Positions 1-9,519 of a stretch of 64,000 bases of DNA are shown here, piece after piece. The position numbers were made by a program, and so were the translations under genes. Numbering within the stretch: position 1 is the stretch's first letter; each line of letters starts with the position of its first letter. Under the pieces are notes generated by a model. That model worked only from the letters and a program-made list of their open reading frames with translations. It was not told the origin of the DNA and did not search any database. The stretch is from assembly GCA_018396535.1 (NCBI GenBank), contig JAGTQC010000002.1, positions 205,136 through 269,135 on the forward strand. Reading direction: 5' to 3'. Source of the DNA: Candidatus Bathyarchaeota archaeon (GTDB taxonomy: Archaea; Thermoproteota; CALKCG01; B24; DRYS01).

Positions 1-681
1 CCCATCCCTTATCCATGCTATACGATCAGATACATCTATCATCTTAAGATCGTGCGTAGCACATATAACAGTCACACCTTTCTCAGCTTTAAGCCTATAG
101 AGTAACTGAACTATAGCAAAGCCAGTAGTTAAGTCTAGGTTTCCTGTAGGCTCGTCTGCTAGTATTATAGCTGGATCGTTTGCTAATGCTCTAGCTATAG
201 CAACCCTCTGCTGCTGACCACCTGAAAGCTCGGTCGGTCTATGATTCAGACGATCACCTAAACCGACAGTTTCAAGAAGAGCTCTAGCTTTCTTAACCCT
301 CTCTTCTCTAGGTACACCAGCAAATATCATAGGAAGAGCCACGTTATCTAAAGCAGTTAGTACAGGGATCAGATTAAACGTCTGGAATATATAACCTATC
401 CTATGACATCTAAGCCAGGCCTTCTCTTTAGGATTCATCTTAGCTATATCTACATTCTCTATAAGTACACGCCCAGAAGTCGGTGTATCAAGGCCCCCAA
501 TCATATTGAATAATGTAGTTTTGCCAGATCCACTAGGACCCATTATGGATAAATACTCACCCTTACTTATATTTAAGTTAAGCCCTCTTAAAGCATGGAC
601 CTCCTCACCTTTTAGTAAATAGACTTTACGTAGATCTTCAACCTTCACCACATATTCAGGTGATATACTCAGAGAGATCAC
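1..681 (-). CDS. ABC transporter ATP-binding protein, LolD/MacB-like (3' end runs off the window; not in ORF track)
   Basis: Manual translation: VVKVEDLRKVYLLKGEEVHALRGLNL...IMGPSGSGKTT (Walker A), GYIFQTFNLI, LSGGQQQRVAIARALANDP, LADEPTGNLD, ATHD. Start is GTG 681 or a nearby codon. Confidence 0.9.
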   Translation of the reverse strand, partial: MISLSISPEYVVKVEDLRKVYLLKGEEVHALRGLNLNISKGEYLSIMGPSGSGKTTLFNMIGGLDTPTSGRVLIENVDIAKMNPKEKAWLRCHRIGYIFQTFNLIPVLTALDNVALPMIFAGVPREERVKKARALLETVGLGDRLNHRPTELSGGQQQRVAIARALANDPAIILADEPTGNLDLTTGFAIVQLLYRLKAEKGVTVICATHDLKMIDVSDRIAWIRDG

Positions 682-753
682 CTCGACTACAAGTTTATTT
701 AGCTGCTAACAATGATTATAAAAATTTTTAATACCCCTTAGGAGGGTGAACTT

Positions 754-1287
754 GTGGTAGAATTATTTAGAGATAGACGATTAACATCTGAACTTAAAGA
801 AAGATTGAGGGAGCCTCTAGGTATACTCATAGAGGGGCAACCAAAAGAGAATATAGATAAGATGAAACATATAGTAGATAAAATTAGACCCGTAGCTATA
901 GCAGTTGTAGGTGACGTTGTATCTAGCATGGCCATGGCTGCAGGTATACCTATTAAAATCTATGTTGCAGATGGTAGGGTTATGAGAAGTCTAGCTGGTT
1001 TAGAAAGAGCTGGTAGCGTAGATATCATAGTTAGAGTTAGAAATCCACCAGGCTTCATAACAAGAGAGAGTATCGATGTTTTGAGAAGAGCTACCGAGTA
1101 TAACGGATCAGTATGGGTTTGGGTGGAAGGGGAGGAGGATCTTATGGTAATACCTCTTGTACTTTTCATGCCTATAGGTTCGATCGTAATTTATGGTCAA
1201 CCACATAGAGGCTTCGTAGTTGTTTATGTGGATGAAAAGAAAAAGGCTGAAATGCTCCATATAATTAACTCTATGGAGTTAGTATAG
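754..1287 (+). CDS. GTP-dependent dephospho-CoA kinase (DUF359 family)
   Basis: LREPLG, VGDVVS, VRNPPGFIT, VEGEEDL and YGQP motifs typical of DUF359. Confidence 0.85.
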   Translation: MVELFRDRRLTSELKERLREPLGILIEGQPKENIDKMKHIVDKIRPVAIAVVGDVVSSMAMAAGIPIKIYVADGRVMRSLAGLERAGSVDIIVRVRNPPGFITRESIDVLRRATEYNGSVWVWVEGEEDLMVIPLVLFMPIGSIVIYGQPHRGFVVVYVDEKKKAEMLHIINSMELV

Positions 1288-1340
1288 CTAAATCCTTTAA
1301 TAATCGTTTATTACGAAAATATGGTGTTCGGTGATCCTCT

Positions 1341-2231
1341 ATGAAACTGGGTGTAGCTGAGCTTATAGATGATTTCACAGAAATGTTTCCTATGTGGGTT
1401 TCTAGATTATTAATAACAGCAGATACTCCTGAATGGGCTTTAACAGCTGCACACGTAGCTACAGGTTTTGCTACCTCTATAATAATGTCTCCTGCTGAAG
1501 CTGGAATAGAAGGCATCCAACCTGAGAATACACCTGATGGTAGACCTGGAGTCTATGTACAGATATACCATACTGATAGGGTTATGCTAAGAACTCAACT
1601 CTTATTTAGGATAGGACAGTGTATACTCACATGCCCTACGACAGCCCTCTTTGATGGACTTAAAGATGCTAAGAGGAGGTTTAAGGTAGGTAAAAGTCTA
1701 TCTACGTTTGGTGATGGATTTCAAAAAGAGGATGCAATCGGCGGGAGAAAGGTTTGGCGAATACCTGTTATGGAGGGTGAATTCATCGTAGAGGAAAGTT
1801 TGGGTGTTACTAGAGGGGTAGCTGGAGGTATGTTCCTAATACTAGCAAGTGATAAAGCTTCAGGTTTAAAAGCTGCTGAAGCTGCTGTAGAAGCTATAAA
1901 GACTGTGGAGGGCGTTATTCTACCGTTTCCAGGTGGAATATGTAGATCAGGTTCTAAAGTCGGAAGTTTAAAGTATAAGCTTAGAGCTTCTACAAACCAC
2001 TTATTCTGCCCAACTATAAGAAGCCAGGTGAAAGATTCAAGAATACCTGAGGGCGTAAACTCTGTATATGAGATAGTAATTAATGGTCTTACCTTCGACT
2101 CCGTCAGAAAAGCTCTTAAAATTGGTATAGAAGCAGCTTCGCAGTTCGATGGTGTAAAATATATAACTACAGCCAACTACGGAGGGAAGCTTGGACCATA
2201 CAAACTATACTTAAGTGAAGCTTTAAGGTAG
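1341..2231 (+). CDS. ftr: Formylmethanofuran--tetrahydromethanopterin N-formyltransferase
   Basis: TGFATSIIMSPAEAGIE, TPDGRPG, RIGQCILTCPTTA, FGDGFQ, GGICRSGSKVGS, NYGGKLG. Confidence 0.95.
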   Translation: MKLGVAELIDDFTEMFPMWVSRLLITADTPEWALTAAHVATGFATSIIMSPAEAGIEGIQPENTPDGRPGVYVQIYHTDRVMLRTQLLFRIGQCILTCPTTALFDGLKDAKRRFKVGKSLSTFGDGFQKEDAIGGRKVWRIPVMEGEFIVEESLGVTRGVAGGMFLILASDKASGLKAAEAAVEAIKTVEGVILPFPGGICRSGSKVGSLKYKLRASTNHLFCPTIRSQVKDSRIPEGVNSVYEIVINGLTFDSVRKALKIGIEAASQFDGVKYITTANYGGKLGPYKLYLSEALR

Positions 2232-2266
2232 CAGAATTAACCGTTAATGGAGGATGTATATGGAGT

Positions 2267-3268
2267 ATGACCTGTACAGTTCTTGTTGGAGGATTCTTTG
2301 GGGATGAAGGTAAAGGTAAGATAGCATCATATCTAGCTATTAAAGATGACATGGATGCTAATGTTAGAACAGGTTCTGTTAATGCAGGTCACACTGTCGT
2401 GTGGGGCGATATAACGTATAAGTTAAGGATGATTCCAAGTGGGTTTGTAAACCCGAAAACGAAACTATATTTAGCAGCCGGATGCAATGTTAATCCGTCC
2501 ATATTTTTAGAGGAAGTTAAACTTACAAAAGTAGAGGGAAGGATCTGGATAGATAGACAGGCATCCGTCATCGAGCCAATACATATAGAGAGGGATAGAA
2601 GCGAAGGAGGAAGAATAGGAACGACTGGGCAGGGTGTAGGTCCAGCACAAGAGGATAGAGTTAAACGTATAGCTAAACTCGTTTCAGAGATTGATTATCT
2701 TAAACCATACCTTGATGATGTAGCTTTAAGAGTAAACGAAATCCTAGATAGAGGAGGTAAAGTTCTTCTTGAAGGTACTCAGGGAACATACTTGTCTTTG
2801 ATACATGGAACATACCCATATGTTACTAGTAGAGATACAACAGCATCAGCTATATGTAGTGAAGTTGGTATAGGACCTAAAAGGGTAGATGATGTCATAG
2901 TAGTGTTCAAATCTTATGTCACACGTGTTGGCAAAGGTCCGCTAAAGGGGGAGCTAAGTGAAGAAGAGGTTAGGCGTAGAGGATGGATGGAGATAGCTAC
3001 CGTTACTGGTAGAATTCGTAGAGCAGCCCCCTTCGACTTTGAGTTAGCTAGGAGAGCTGCTATACTAAATAGCGCAACCCAAATAGCTATAACGAAACTT
3101 GATAGTTTGTATCCTGAAGCAGCCTATGCCAGAAAGTTTGAGGATTTACCGACGGAGGCCAGAATGTTTATCGAACATGTGGAAAACGAAGTCAAAGTAC
3201 CTGTAACTCTCATAGGCATTGGACCTAAAGTTGAAGATATAATAGATAGGAGGAGGGAGATTCTATAG
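2267..3268 (+). CDS. purA: Adenylosuccinate synthetase (short archaeal form)
   Basis: GGFFGDEGKGK, NAGHT, LLEGTQG, GTYPYVTS, TVTGRIRR, TKLD. Confidence 0.96.
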   Translation: MTCTVLVGGFFGDEGKGKIASYLAIKDDMDANVRTGSVNAGHTVVWGDITYKLRMIPSGFVNPKTKLYLAAGCNVNPSIFLEEVKLTKVEGRIWIDRQASVIEPIHIERDRSEGGRIGTTGQGVGPAQEDRVKRIAKLVSEIDYLKPYLDDVALRVNEILDRGGKVLLEGTQGTYLSLIHGTYPYVTSRDTTASAICSEVGIGPKRVDDVIVVFKSYVTRVGKGPLKGELSEEEVRRRGWMEIATVTGRIRRAAPFDFELARRAAILNSATQIAITKLDSLYPEAAYARKFEDLPTEARMFIEHVENEVKVPVTLIGIGPKVEDIIDRRREIL

Positions 3269-3281
3269 CACCTAATAAGGT

Positions 3282-4376
3282 TTATACAGGTGAAAGTTCT
3301 TCTGTCAATCCCGCTTTAGGATATGGATACAGAAAACATCTGGATTCTGGTACCTTAACATATATCCTTGATCCAGGTTCAACATTTGTATTAGACCATA
3401 TCTTAGCTTTCATATGCACACCATCTGGTAGTACGATGCCTAAGTAAAGCATCCTACCTATACGTCTAGCTGATGATACCTCTACCTTAATAGTATTTCT
3501 ATCCATATCCTGATTAGCAATTTTGAAGGCTTCAGGTCTAATAGCCAGTATAGCCCTCTTACCATCCTCAATTGGAGCCGGCACCCATCCACATATAAGC
3601 TTATATTCACCACTATCAGCTATGTATGACCCCCCGCTGCATCTAGCTACAACCTCTACGATGTTAGCTTCTCCTACAAAATATGCTACGAATAGACTTC
3701 TAGGTGCCCAGTATAACTCCTTAGGCGGACCTGTTTGAAGTATTCTACCTCTACGCATAACTACTATCTTATCCGCGATCGATAGTGCTTCATCCTGATC
3801 GTGAGTAACATGAATAGCCGTTAGACCGAAACCCTTAACGATTTCCCTAAGCTTATACTTCATATACACTCTTATCTTAGGATCTAATGCGCCTAGCGGT
3901 TCATCTAGAAGTAGTAATCTAGATCTAACTGCTAAAGCTCTAGCTATAGAGACAAGTTGAGCTATACCACCACTCACTTCATTGGGATAAGCATCACGGC
4001 CCATATGTATACCTATCCTTTCTAGATTTTCTATAGCTGTTTTTAACGAATCTTTATAACACCACCCCTTTACTTCAGGTCCGAAAGAAACGTTATCCAC
4101 TAGACGCATATGAGGGAATAGGGCTATATCCTGAAATACAAACCCTATACCTCTTCTCTCCGGTGGAATACCTTTCATTGATTTACCATCTATGTAGACA
4201 TCACCTTCATCAGGCTTTATGAACCCTGCTATTATCCTTAGAAGCGTTGTTTTACCACAACCGCTAGGACCCAATAGACAAACATAACTTCCATTTTCTA
4301 CCGTAAGGTTAACTCTATTCAATGCTTCGATATAACCAAAACTTTTAGATACGTTTACGATATCCACACTTGGCAA
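3282..4376 (-). CDS. ABC importer ATP-binding subunit (PotA/FbpC/CysA-like, C-terminal TOBE); atypical signature motif
   Basis: GPSGCGKT, VSGGIAQ (atypical signature), LLLDEP, HVTHDQDEA. Confidence 0.9.
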   Translation of the reverse strand: MPSVDIVNVSKSFGYIEALNRVNLTVENGSYVCLLGPSGCGKTTLLRIIAGFIKPDEGDVYIDGKSMKGIPPERRGIGFVFQDIALFPHMRLVDNVSFGPEVKGWCYKDSLKTAIENLERIGIHMGRDAYPNEVSGGIAQLVSIARALAVRSRLLLLDEPLGALDPKIRVYMKYKLREIVKGFGLTAIHVTHDQDEALSIADKIVVMRRGRILQTGPPKELYWAPRSLFVAYFVGEANIVEVVARCSGGSYIADSGEYKLICGWVPAPIEDGKRAILAIRPEAFKIANQDMDRNTIKVEVSSARRIGRMLYLGIVLPDGVHMKAKIWSNTNVEPGSRIYVKVPESRCFLYPYPKAGLTEELSPV

Positions 4377-4379
4377 ATT

Positions 4380-5498
4380 CTACCCACCATGATAGAGTAT
4401 AGAATCATATTCTGATACATCGTATATACGTGCATCTGAAGTTTTAAACCCGACTTTAACTTTACAGCCTATTCCAACTTCCATTTCATCCATAACTTTC
4501 ATCATTATCTTCGTAGCTCCGCAACAGGTTTTTAAGATGTATGTATATCCACCTCTATGGAACAATACTTCTTCGACTATAGCATCAAAAACATTCCATC
4601 CAGAGTCAGAGGGTGGATCTAACACGATAACATCAGAATCTACACATACGATAACTTCACCTCCACTTCTAAGTAGACTTGATGCATCTTCACATAATGG
4701 CTTAACCCTAAACTTAAAGCATACATCACTAGACGATCTGAGTAACCCATCATGTGGATCTAGAACGTAGGCTCTAAATACATTAACATCTGATAGGAAG
4801 TATTCTACGAATAAGTTCTTAGGTTTTCTGCGTAGCTCGTCATATGATCCTACCTGGATAATATAACCATTGTTCATTACTGCAATCCTATCAGCCAACT
4901 CTACCGCTTCCTCGACATTATTAGTAACATGTACTACAGTCCTACCTAAACTTCTAGCTATACTCTTTAATTCTTCCCTTAATTCAACGGATAATTTAGC
5001 ATCTAACTGGCTTAGAGGCTCATCGAGGAGTAAAAGCTCAGCGCCAGTAGCTAAAGCTCTAGCTAATGCTACTCTTTGACGCATACCACCCGAGAGTTCG
5101 TACGGATAAGAGTCAGCTCTATCTAATAGATGCATGAGGCTAAGCATCTCTTTACAGATCTTCTCAGCTTCGACGATATCGATGCCTTTCACTAGTAAGG
5201 GAAAACAGACGTTATCCCATACAGTCATATGGTTAAAGAGGTTGAAGAACTGAGGAAAATAGCCTACCCCCCTCTCTTCGGGAGGCACATTTACCATAGG
5301 CTTACCATCGATATATATTTCACCTTTATCAGGGCTTACTATACCAGCTAATATCTTTAGAAGGGTGGTTTTACCAGCTCCAGTCGGTCCCAATACTACA
5401 AAGTATTCTCCTCTACTCACTTCGAAGGATATATCCTTTAAGACGGGTCTACCAGAGTAATACTTCCATATGTTAGATATCTTTAGGAAGCTATTCAC
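4380..5498 (-). CDS. ABC importer ATP-binding subunit; switch His replaced by Asn
   Basis: GPTGAGKT, LSGGMRQR, LLLDEP, HVTNN. Confidence 0.9.
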   Translation of the reverse strand: MNSFLKISNIWKYYSGRPVLKDISFEVSRGEYFVVLGPTGAGKTTLLKILAGIVSPDKGEIYIDGKPMVNVPPEERGVGYFPQFFNLFNHMTVWDNVCFPLLVKGIDIVEAEKICKEMLSLMHLLDRADSYPYELSGGMRQRVALARALATGAELLLLDEPLSQLDAKLSVELREELKSIARSLGRTVVHVTNNVEEAVELADRIAVMNNGYIIQVGSYDELRRKPKNLFVEYFLSDVNVFRAYVLDPHDGLLRSSSDVCFKFRVKPLCEDASSLLRSGGEVIVCVDSDVIVLDPPSDSGWNVFDAIVEEVLFHRGGYTYILKTCCGATKIMMKVMDEMEVGIGCKVKVGFKTSDARIYDVSEYDSILYHGG

Positions 5499-7191
5499 CA
5501 GCTATCACCTTCACTATACCCATAAATACTAGTGAGAAAACTATTAGAATAAGAGTCGAGAATAGAGCAGCGGGTATAGCTAGCGATTCCACCATAGTTA
5601 CGACTAACGTTGATACGGTATAGTCGCCACCCATAACTATGAATGTAGCTCCAGTCTCGCCTAGAGAGTGCGTGAACGATAATATAGCACCTGTTAGGAT
5701 CCCCCTCTTAAGCATCGGTATAGATATCAATTCGGCTAACTCCATAGGCTTAGCACCAAGAGTTCTAGCTACATCTTCGCAATCACGTATATCAGATCCT
5801 TCGAAAACAGCGATTATAGATTCGACAATGACGGGTACAGAAAACGTCATATGCGTTAACGTTATAAGCCATACACCAGGAGTTACTATGTTAAATAGTC
5901 TAGGACCCCATAGAAGCATAGAAGATATACCTAAGGCAGACGTAGGTATCACGAGCGGAATCTTAAGTAAAGTTCTAAGCACCCTTCCAAAGCCGTATTC
6001 TTCGATAATGTATACTAACGGTATAGAAATGCATACAGATAAGAACGTGGATAAGCCTGCTACTATAAATGATGTTAGTATTGCTCTAGATAGTAGCGAT
6101 CCATAACCAGCCGGGCTCATAAAAATCTGATAGAGTATACCACCCTCCATCTTACCAGTAAACGGATCTTTACCCCAATATAAGAAGGCGGAGTATGAGG
6201 TAGAAAATATAGGTAAAACTACGAGTATGAGTAGAAGAATCACCACAAAGGCTTTACCTATTATCGAGGATAGACTTGAAGAAAGAACTTCCTCCAATAC
6301 TATTACTCTACGTTCTAGATCTAGCCTAGCTAGAATCTTAGGTAACGAAACCCATCCCTTACGTGATAACATCATCTCTAACGGAAGTACTATAGCCCAT
6401 GTCGAAAGTATAAGTAGGGCTCCTAGAAATGATGCGGTAGCTATCTTAAATTCGAACTCCCATCTAACGATAGCTACCGCTGCTGTGATGTAAGTACCAG
6501 ATACTATCATGGTAGCTCCAGTCTCACCTAAAGATCGAGCTAGAGCCATTATAGATCCTGACAAAAGTGCTGGAAGTGATAATGGTAGAATAACCTTTCT
6601 AAAGGATGTGAATGGATTGGCACCCAGTATACGGGAAGCTTCTAATAAGCTAGGTTTTATATCGATGAATCTTGCCTGCAGAGGTTTAACCACATATGGA
6701 AGGGTTAACGTTACATGAACCAGCAATAACAGGATAGGGATATCGACCACAGGTATCTTACTGGTTATATCTATAACACCAGTTTTTAACCCGAAAAGGC
6801 CTCCTAAACCTAGATTTGTAGTCCAGGATATGAGAGTAGCGAAGCCGAATCCCGATGTAGGCATCACAAGTGGAAGAGATACCAGTGTATCTAGTATGGA
6901 TTTACCTGGAAATCTGCCGTAAGCTAGTATATAGGCTAAGGGTATACCTAGACATACATCTATAAGAGCTGTTAGGATCGATAGTTTAAACGAAAATATG
7001 AGAACAGATTGTATAAGTTTCCAACCGGTATCACCGACTATAGGGTTATCGAATATCTCATAGCGTATTTCATCCCAGTTCACGGGTATAAAAGATATCA
7101 AGAAAACTGAGGGCATAAGCACAAATACAGCTGTAGCTATCAGGATCGCTATCTTTAAAATCAAACCACCTTTACGGTATAGAGAAGCCAT
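5491..7191 (-). CDS. ABC importer permease with two fused BPD_transp_1 domains (FbpB/CysTW/ModB-like)
   Basis: Internal duplication: PLVMPTS/PLVIPTS, EASRILGA/DVARTLGA (EAA loops), SLGETGAT twice. Confidence 0.9.
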   Translation of the reverse strand: MASLYRKGGLILKIAILIATAVFVLMPSVFLISFIPVNWDEIRYEIFDNPIVGDTGWKLIQSVLIFSFKLSILTALIDVCLGIPLAYILAYGRFPGKSILDTLVSLPLVMPTSGFGFATLISWTTNLGLGGLFGLKTGVIDITSKIPVVDIPILLLLVHVTLTLPYVVKPLQARFIDIKPSLLEASRILGANPFTSFRKVILPLSLPALLSGSIMALARSLGETGATMIVSGTYITAAVAIVRWEFEFKIATASFLGALLILSTWAIVLPLEMMLSRKGWVSLPKILARLDLERRVIVLEEVLSSSLSSIIGKAFVVILLLILVVLPIFSTSYSAFLYWGKDPFTGKMEGGILYQIFMSPAGYGSLLSRAILTSFIVAGLSTFLSVCISIPLVYIIEEYGFGRVLRTLLKIPLVIPTSALGISSMLLWGPRLFNIVTPGVWLITLTHMTFSVPVIVESIIAVFEGSDIRDCEDVARTLGAKPMELAELISIPMLKRGILTGAILSFTHSLGETGATFIVMGGDYTVSTLVVTMVESLAIPAALFSTLILIVFSLVFMGIVKVIAGE

Positions 7192-7197
7192 AACCGT

Positions 7198-8337
7198 TTA
7201 TCCTCCAGCTCTAACTTTACTCCAGAATGCGAATAAACCCTCGAGAAACTCGCTAGAAGGTATAGTTGTATAGGTAGGCACATCTATGTAGAATTTAACA
7301 CCGTTACTAGGATCGAATATACTTGTATCCATCTTTATGCCTTCCACACTTGGTCTAAACCCGTTTCTCATAGCTTCTATCTGAGAATACTCGCTTAGAA
7401 GGAAGGTTAGATAAATCTCAGCTAACCGTTTCTCTTCATCACTTACCCATGGAGCATTAAGTATAACGTAAGGATGATCACATAGGAAAACACCTTCACT
7501 CGGATATATAGCTATAAGCTGATCATCCCACCTACTTTTAGCTGCAAGCGAATTATCTATTACAACATTCTCATATACTATGAATATCTGTATAGCCTGA
7601 GGACCACTTTCAGCAGCCCATCTACCAAAGAACCCTGTACTCTTACCATACTTAACTGCAAGTCTCTCTAGGGATGCTACCCTTCTTTGAACAGATGGAT
7701 CCATAAGATCTTCTATAGTTAGCATAGATATAGGTTTACCAGCTGCCGCAGCTACCTCCATAAGTAGAGCTGTTATACCACCATTACTTAACATGGGATC
7801 TGGATGACCATATCTAAATTCTACACCATTTTCGATTATACGGTATAGATCGCTTAAACCTGTTATATTATAGCGTTCTGAGAATGATTTCCATATAGCG
7901 ATAACTGTTGGAGAGTATACCAGAGGTATACCGTTTAGAGCTAGATCGTAGGCGTATCCTAAAGCTCTCCATTTAGAATTAAGATATGGTATCCATAACG
8001 ATGATGCTGGACTCCAAGCGGTAGGCTTAACAACTCCATGTAGTATTAGGTTTACAGTTTCATGCGAACCAGCTACGATAAGCTTAACCCTAACATTCAA
8101 TCCAAAAGATTCTCTAACCCACCTTTCAAATATAGGTGTCACCGTTTCTATCCAACTCTGTTTCTCACTAGTATAGAGGAAAGTTATCTCTAGCATATCG
8201 GTTGGGGTTAACTTGAGAAAATAGAGAATAGAAGAAAGCGAATATACAGCAGAAATTAGAAGGAAGAGTAGGAAGCCTATGATAACACCTAGTATAAACA
8301 TGAGATACCCGCGTCTACCATATCCACGGCGTCTCAT
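7198..8337 (-). CDS. Membrane-anchored extracellular solute-binding protein (SBP_bac_11-like)
   Basis: N-terminal TM anchor; YTSEKQSW, PTAWSPASSLW, GHPDPMLSNGG, GKSTGFFG, VYENVV, YPSEG..DHPY, GFRP; first gene of the ABC operon. Confidence 0.8.
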   Translation of the reverse strand: MRRRGYGRRGYLMFILGVIIGFLLFLLISAVYSLSSILYFLKLTPTDMLEITFLYTSEKQSWIETVTPIFERWVRESFGLNVRVKLIVAGSHETVNLILHGVVKPTAWSPASSLWIPYLNSKWRALGYAYDLALNGIPLVYSPTVIAIWKSFSERYNITGLSDLYRIIENGVEFRYGHPDPMLSNGGITALLMEVAAAAGKPISMLTIEDLMDPSVQRRVASLERLAVKYGKSTGFFGRWAAESGPQAIQIFIVYENVVIDNSLAAKSRWDDQLIAIYPSEGVFLCDHPYVILNAPWVSDEEKRLAEIYLTFLLSEYSQIEAMRNGFRPSVEGIKMDTSIFDPSNGVKFYIDVPTYTTIPSSEFLEGLFAFWSKVRAGG

Positions 8338-8513
8338 ATCCTTTAAACCCTTCCTCAGCTAATCTTTATCAAACCCTGTTTAAGCGTATCTAAGGGTTAG
8401 ATTCTGAAAGAGAGATCTTCATAACTTTTATGCATACCTCGTTTATTTCTCTATTTTTTATATACTCTACGAACTCTTAAATATCTTACCTAGGATAACC
8501 TGATAATATCTAG

Positions 8514-9191
8514 GTGGGTTTAAACTTGGCTTCAGGGCTTATAGGATGGCTATACGGTAGAAGGAAGAGCAGGCTTATATCAAGTGTTGTGAGACATTTA
8601 GAGTTAGCTACCAGATGCGTGGAAGATATATCTGAAGCTACACATAGAGCTCTAAATAACGATAATCCTATCGATATACTCGAATTGTTGAACGAGAAGG
8701 AGAGAGAAGCCGATACGTATAGAAGGAGTATAATCTATGAGCTTTCTAAGAGCGAATTAACAGCGGAGGATAAGGATGATCTAAGCCATCTAGTAAAGAG
8801 AGTTGATATGATAGCTGATTATGCTAGAGGTGCCGGGAGAATATTATCTATCCTACCTAAACTCGGAGATCTACCAGTAGAGCTTAAATCATGTATAAGG
8901 GATATGGTTGAGCTACTAGTTAAGTGTGGTCAAGCTACACGTAGATGCGTTGAAACACTATTAGAGGATAAGGAGGAGGCGTTGAAGTATGCTGATAAAG
9001 TCGAGGAGATAGAAGAAGGTATCGATGAAGTCTATGGTCGATGTCGTAGACTCATAGTGGATAACTCGGATAAGATGCCGGTTGCACATATAATCTTTCT
9101 TGTACAATTCCTAGATGCCTTAGAGAATACTGCGGATAGCTGTGAGGATACGGTCGATCAGGTTAGAGTTATAGCTATACATATAGGCTAG
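8514..9191 (+). CDS. DUF47/TIGR00153 PhoU-like phosphate transport regulator
   Basis: Twice-repeated helical motifs EREAD..RR / EEGID and DMIADYA / ENTADSCED. Confidence 0.85.
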   Translation: MGLNLASGLIGWLYGRRKSRLISSVVRHLELATRCVEDISEATHRALNNDNPIDILELLNEKEREADTYRRSIIYELSKSELTAEDKDDLSHLVKRVDMIADYARGAGRILSILPKLGDLPVELKSCIRDMVELLVKCGQATRRCVETLLEDKEEALKYADKVEEIEEGIDEVYGRCRRLIVDNSDKMPVAHIIFLVQFLDALENTADSCEDTVDQVRVIAIHIG

Positions 9192-9237
9192 ATTTCACAT
9201 CTATATCTTATGCATCAAAGTTGAAGGGTGCTGAAGC

Positions 9238-9498
9238 ATGTATAACCAGGTTACGATGATATCTAATCAGAAACCTAAACTTATAGGTGCTCTTCTATTC
9301 GCTATTAGCATAGTATTCATAGCACTTCAAACTATACTTCTATTCTTCGTACCAGAGAACTTGAGTCTACTAGGAAAACCTATAAGCTGGTGGGCTCTAG
9401 CAGTACCAGTTTATCTAATAGTCGTTCTATTCTGGCTTGTAATCCTATGGATTGGATGGATTCTAATGATGGAGAAAAGGATTCCATCAAGCGGATAA
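9238..9498 (+). CDS. Small two-TM membrane protein, DPM2-like pattern (start may be ATG 9256)
   Basis: Two hydrophobic helices (LIGALLFAISIVF; WALAVPVYLIVVLFWLVILWIGWILM) and a basic tail. Confidence 0.6.
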   Translation: MYNQVTMISNQKPKLIGALLFAISIVFIALQTILLFFVPENLSLLGKPISWWALAVPVYLIVVLFWLVILWIGWILMMEKRIPSSG

Positions 9499-9519
9499 CC
9501 TCGATTAAACCCTGAGATT

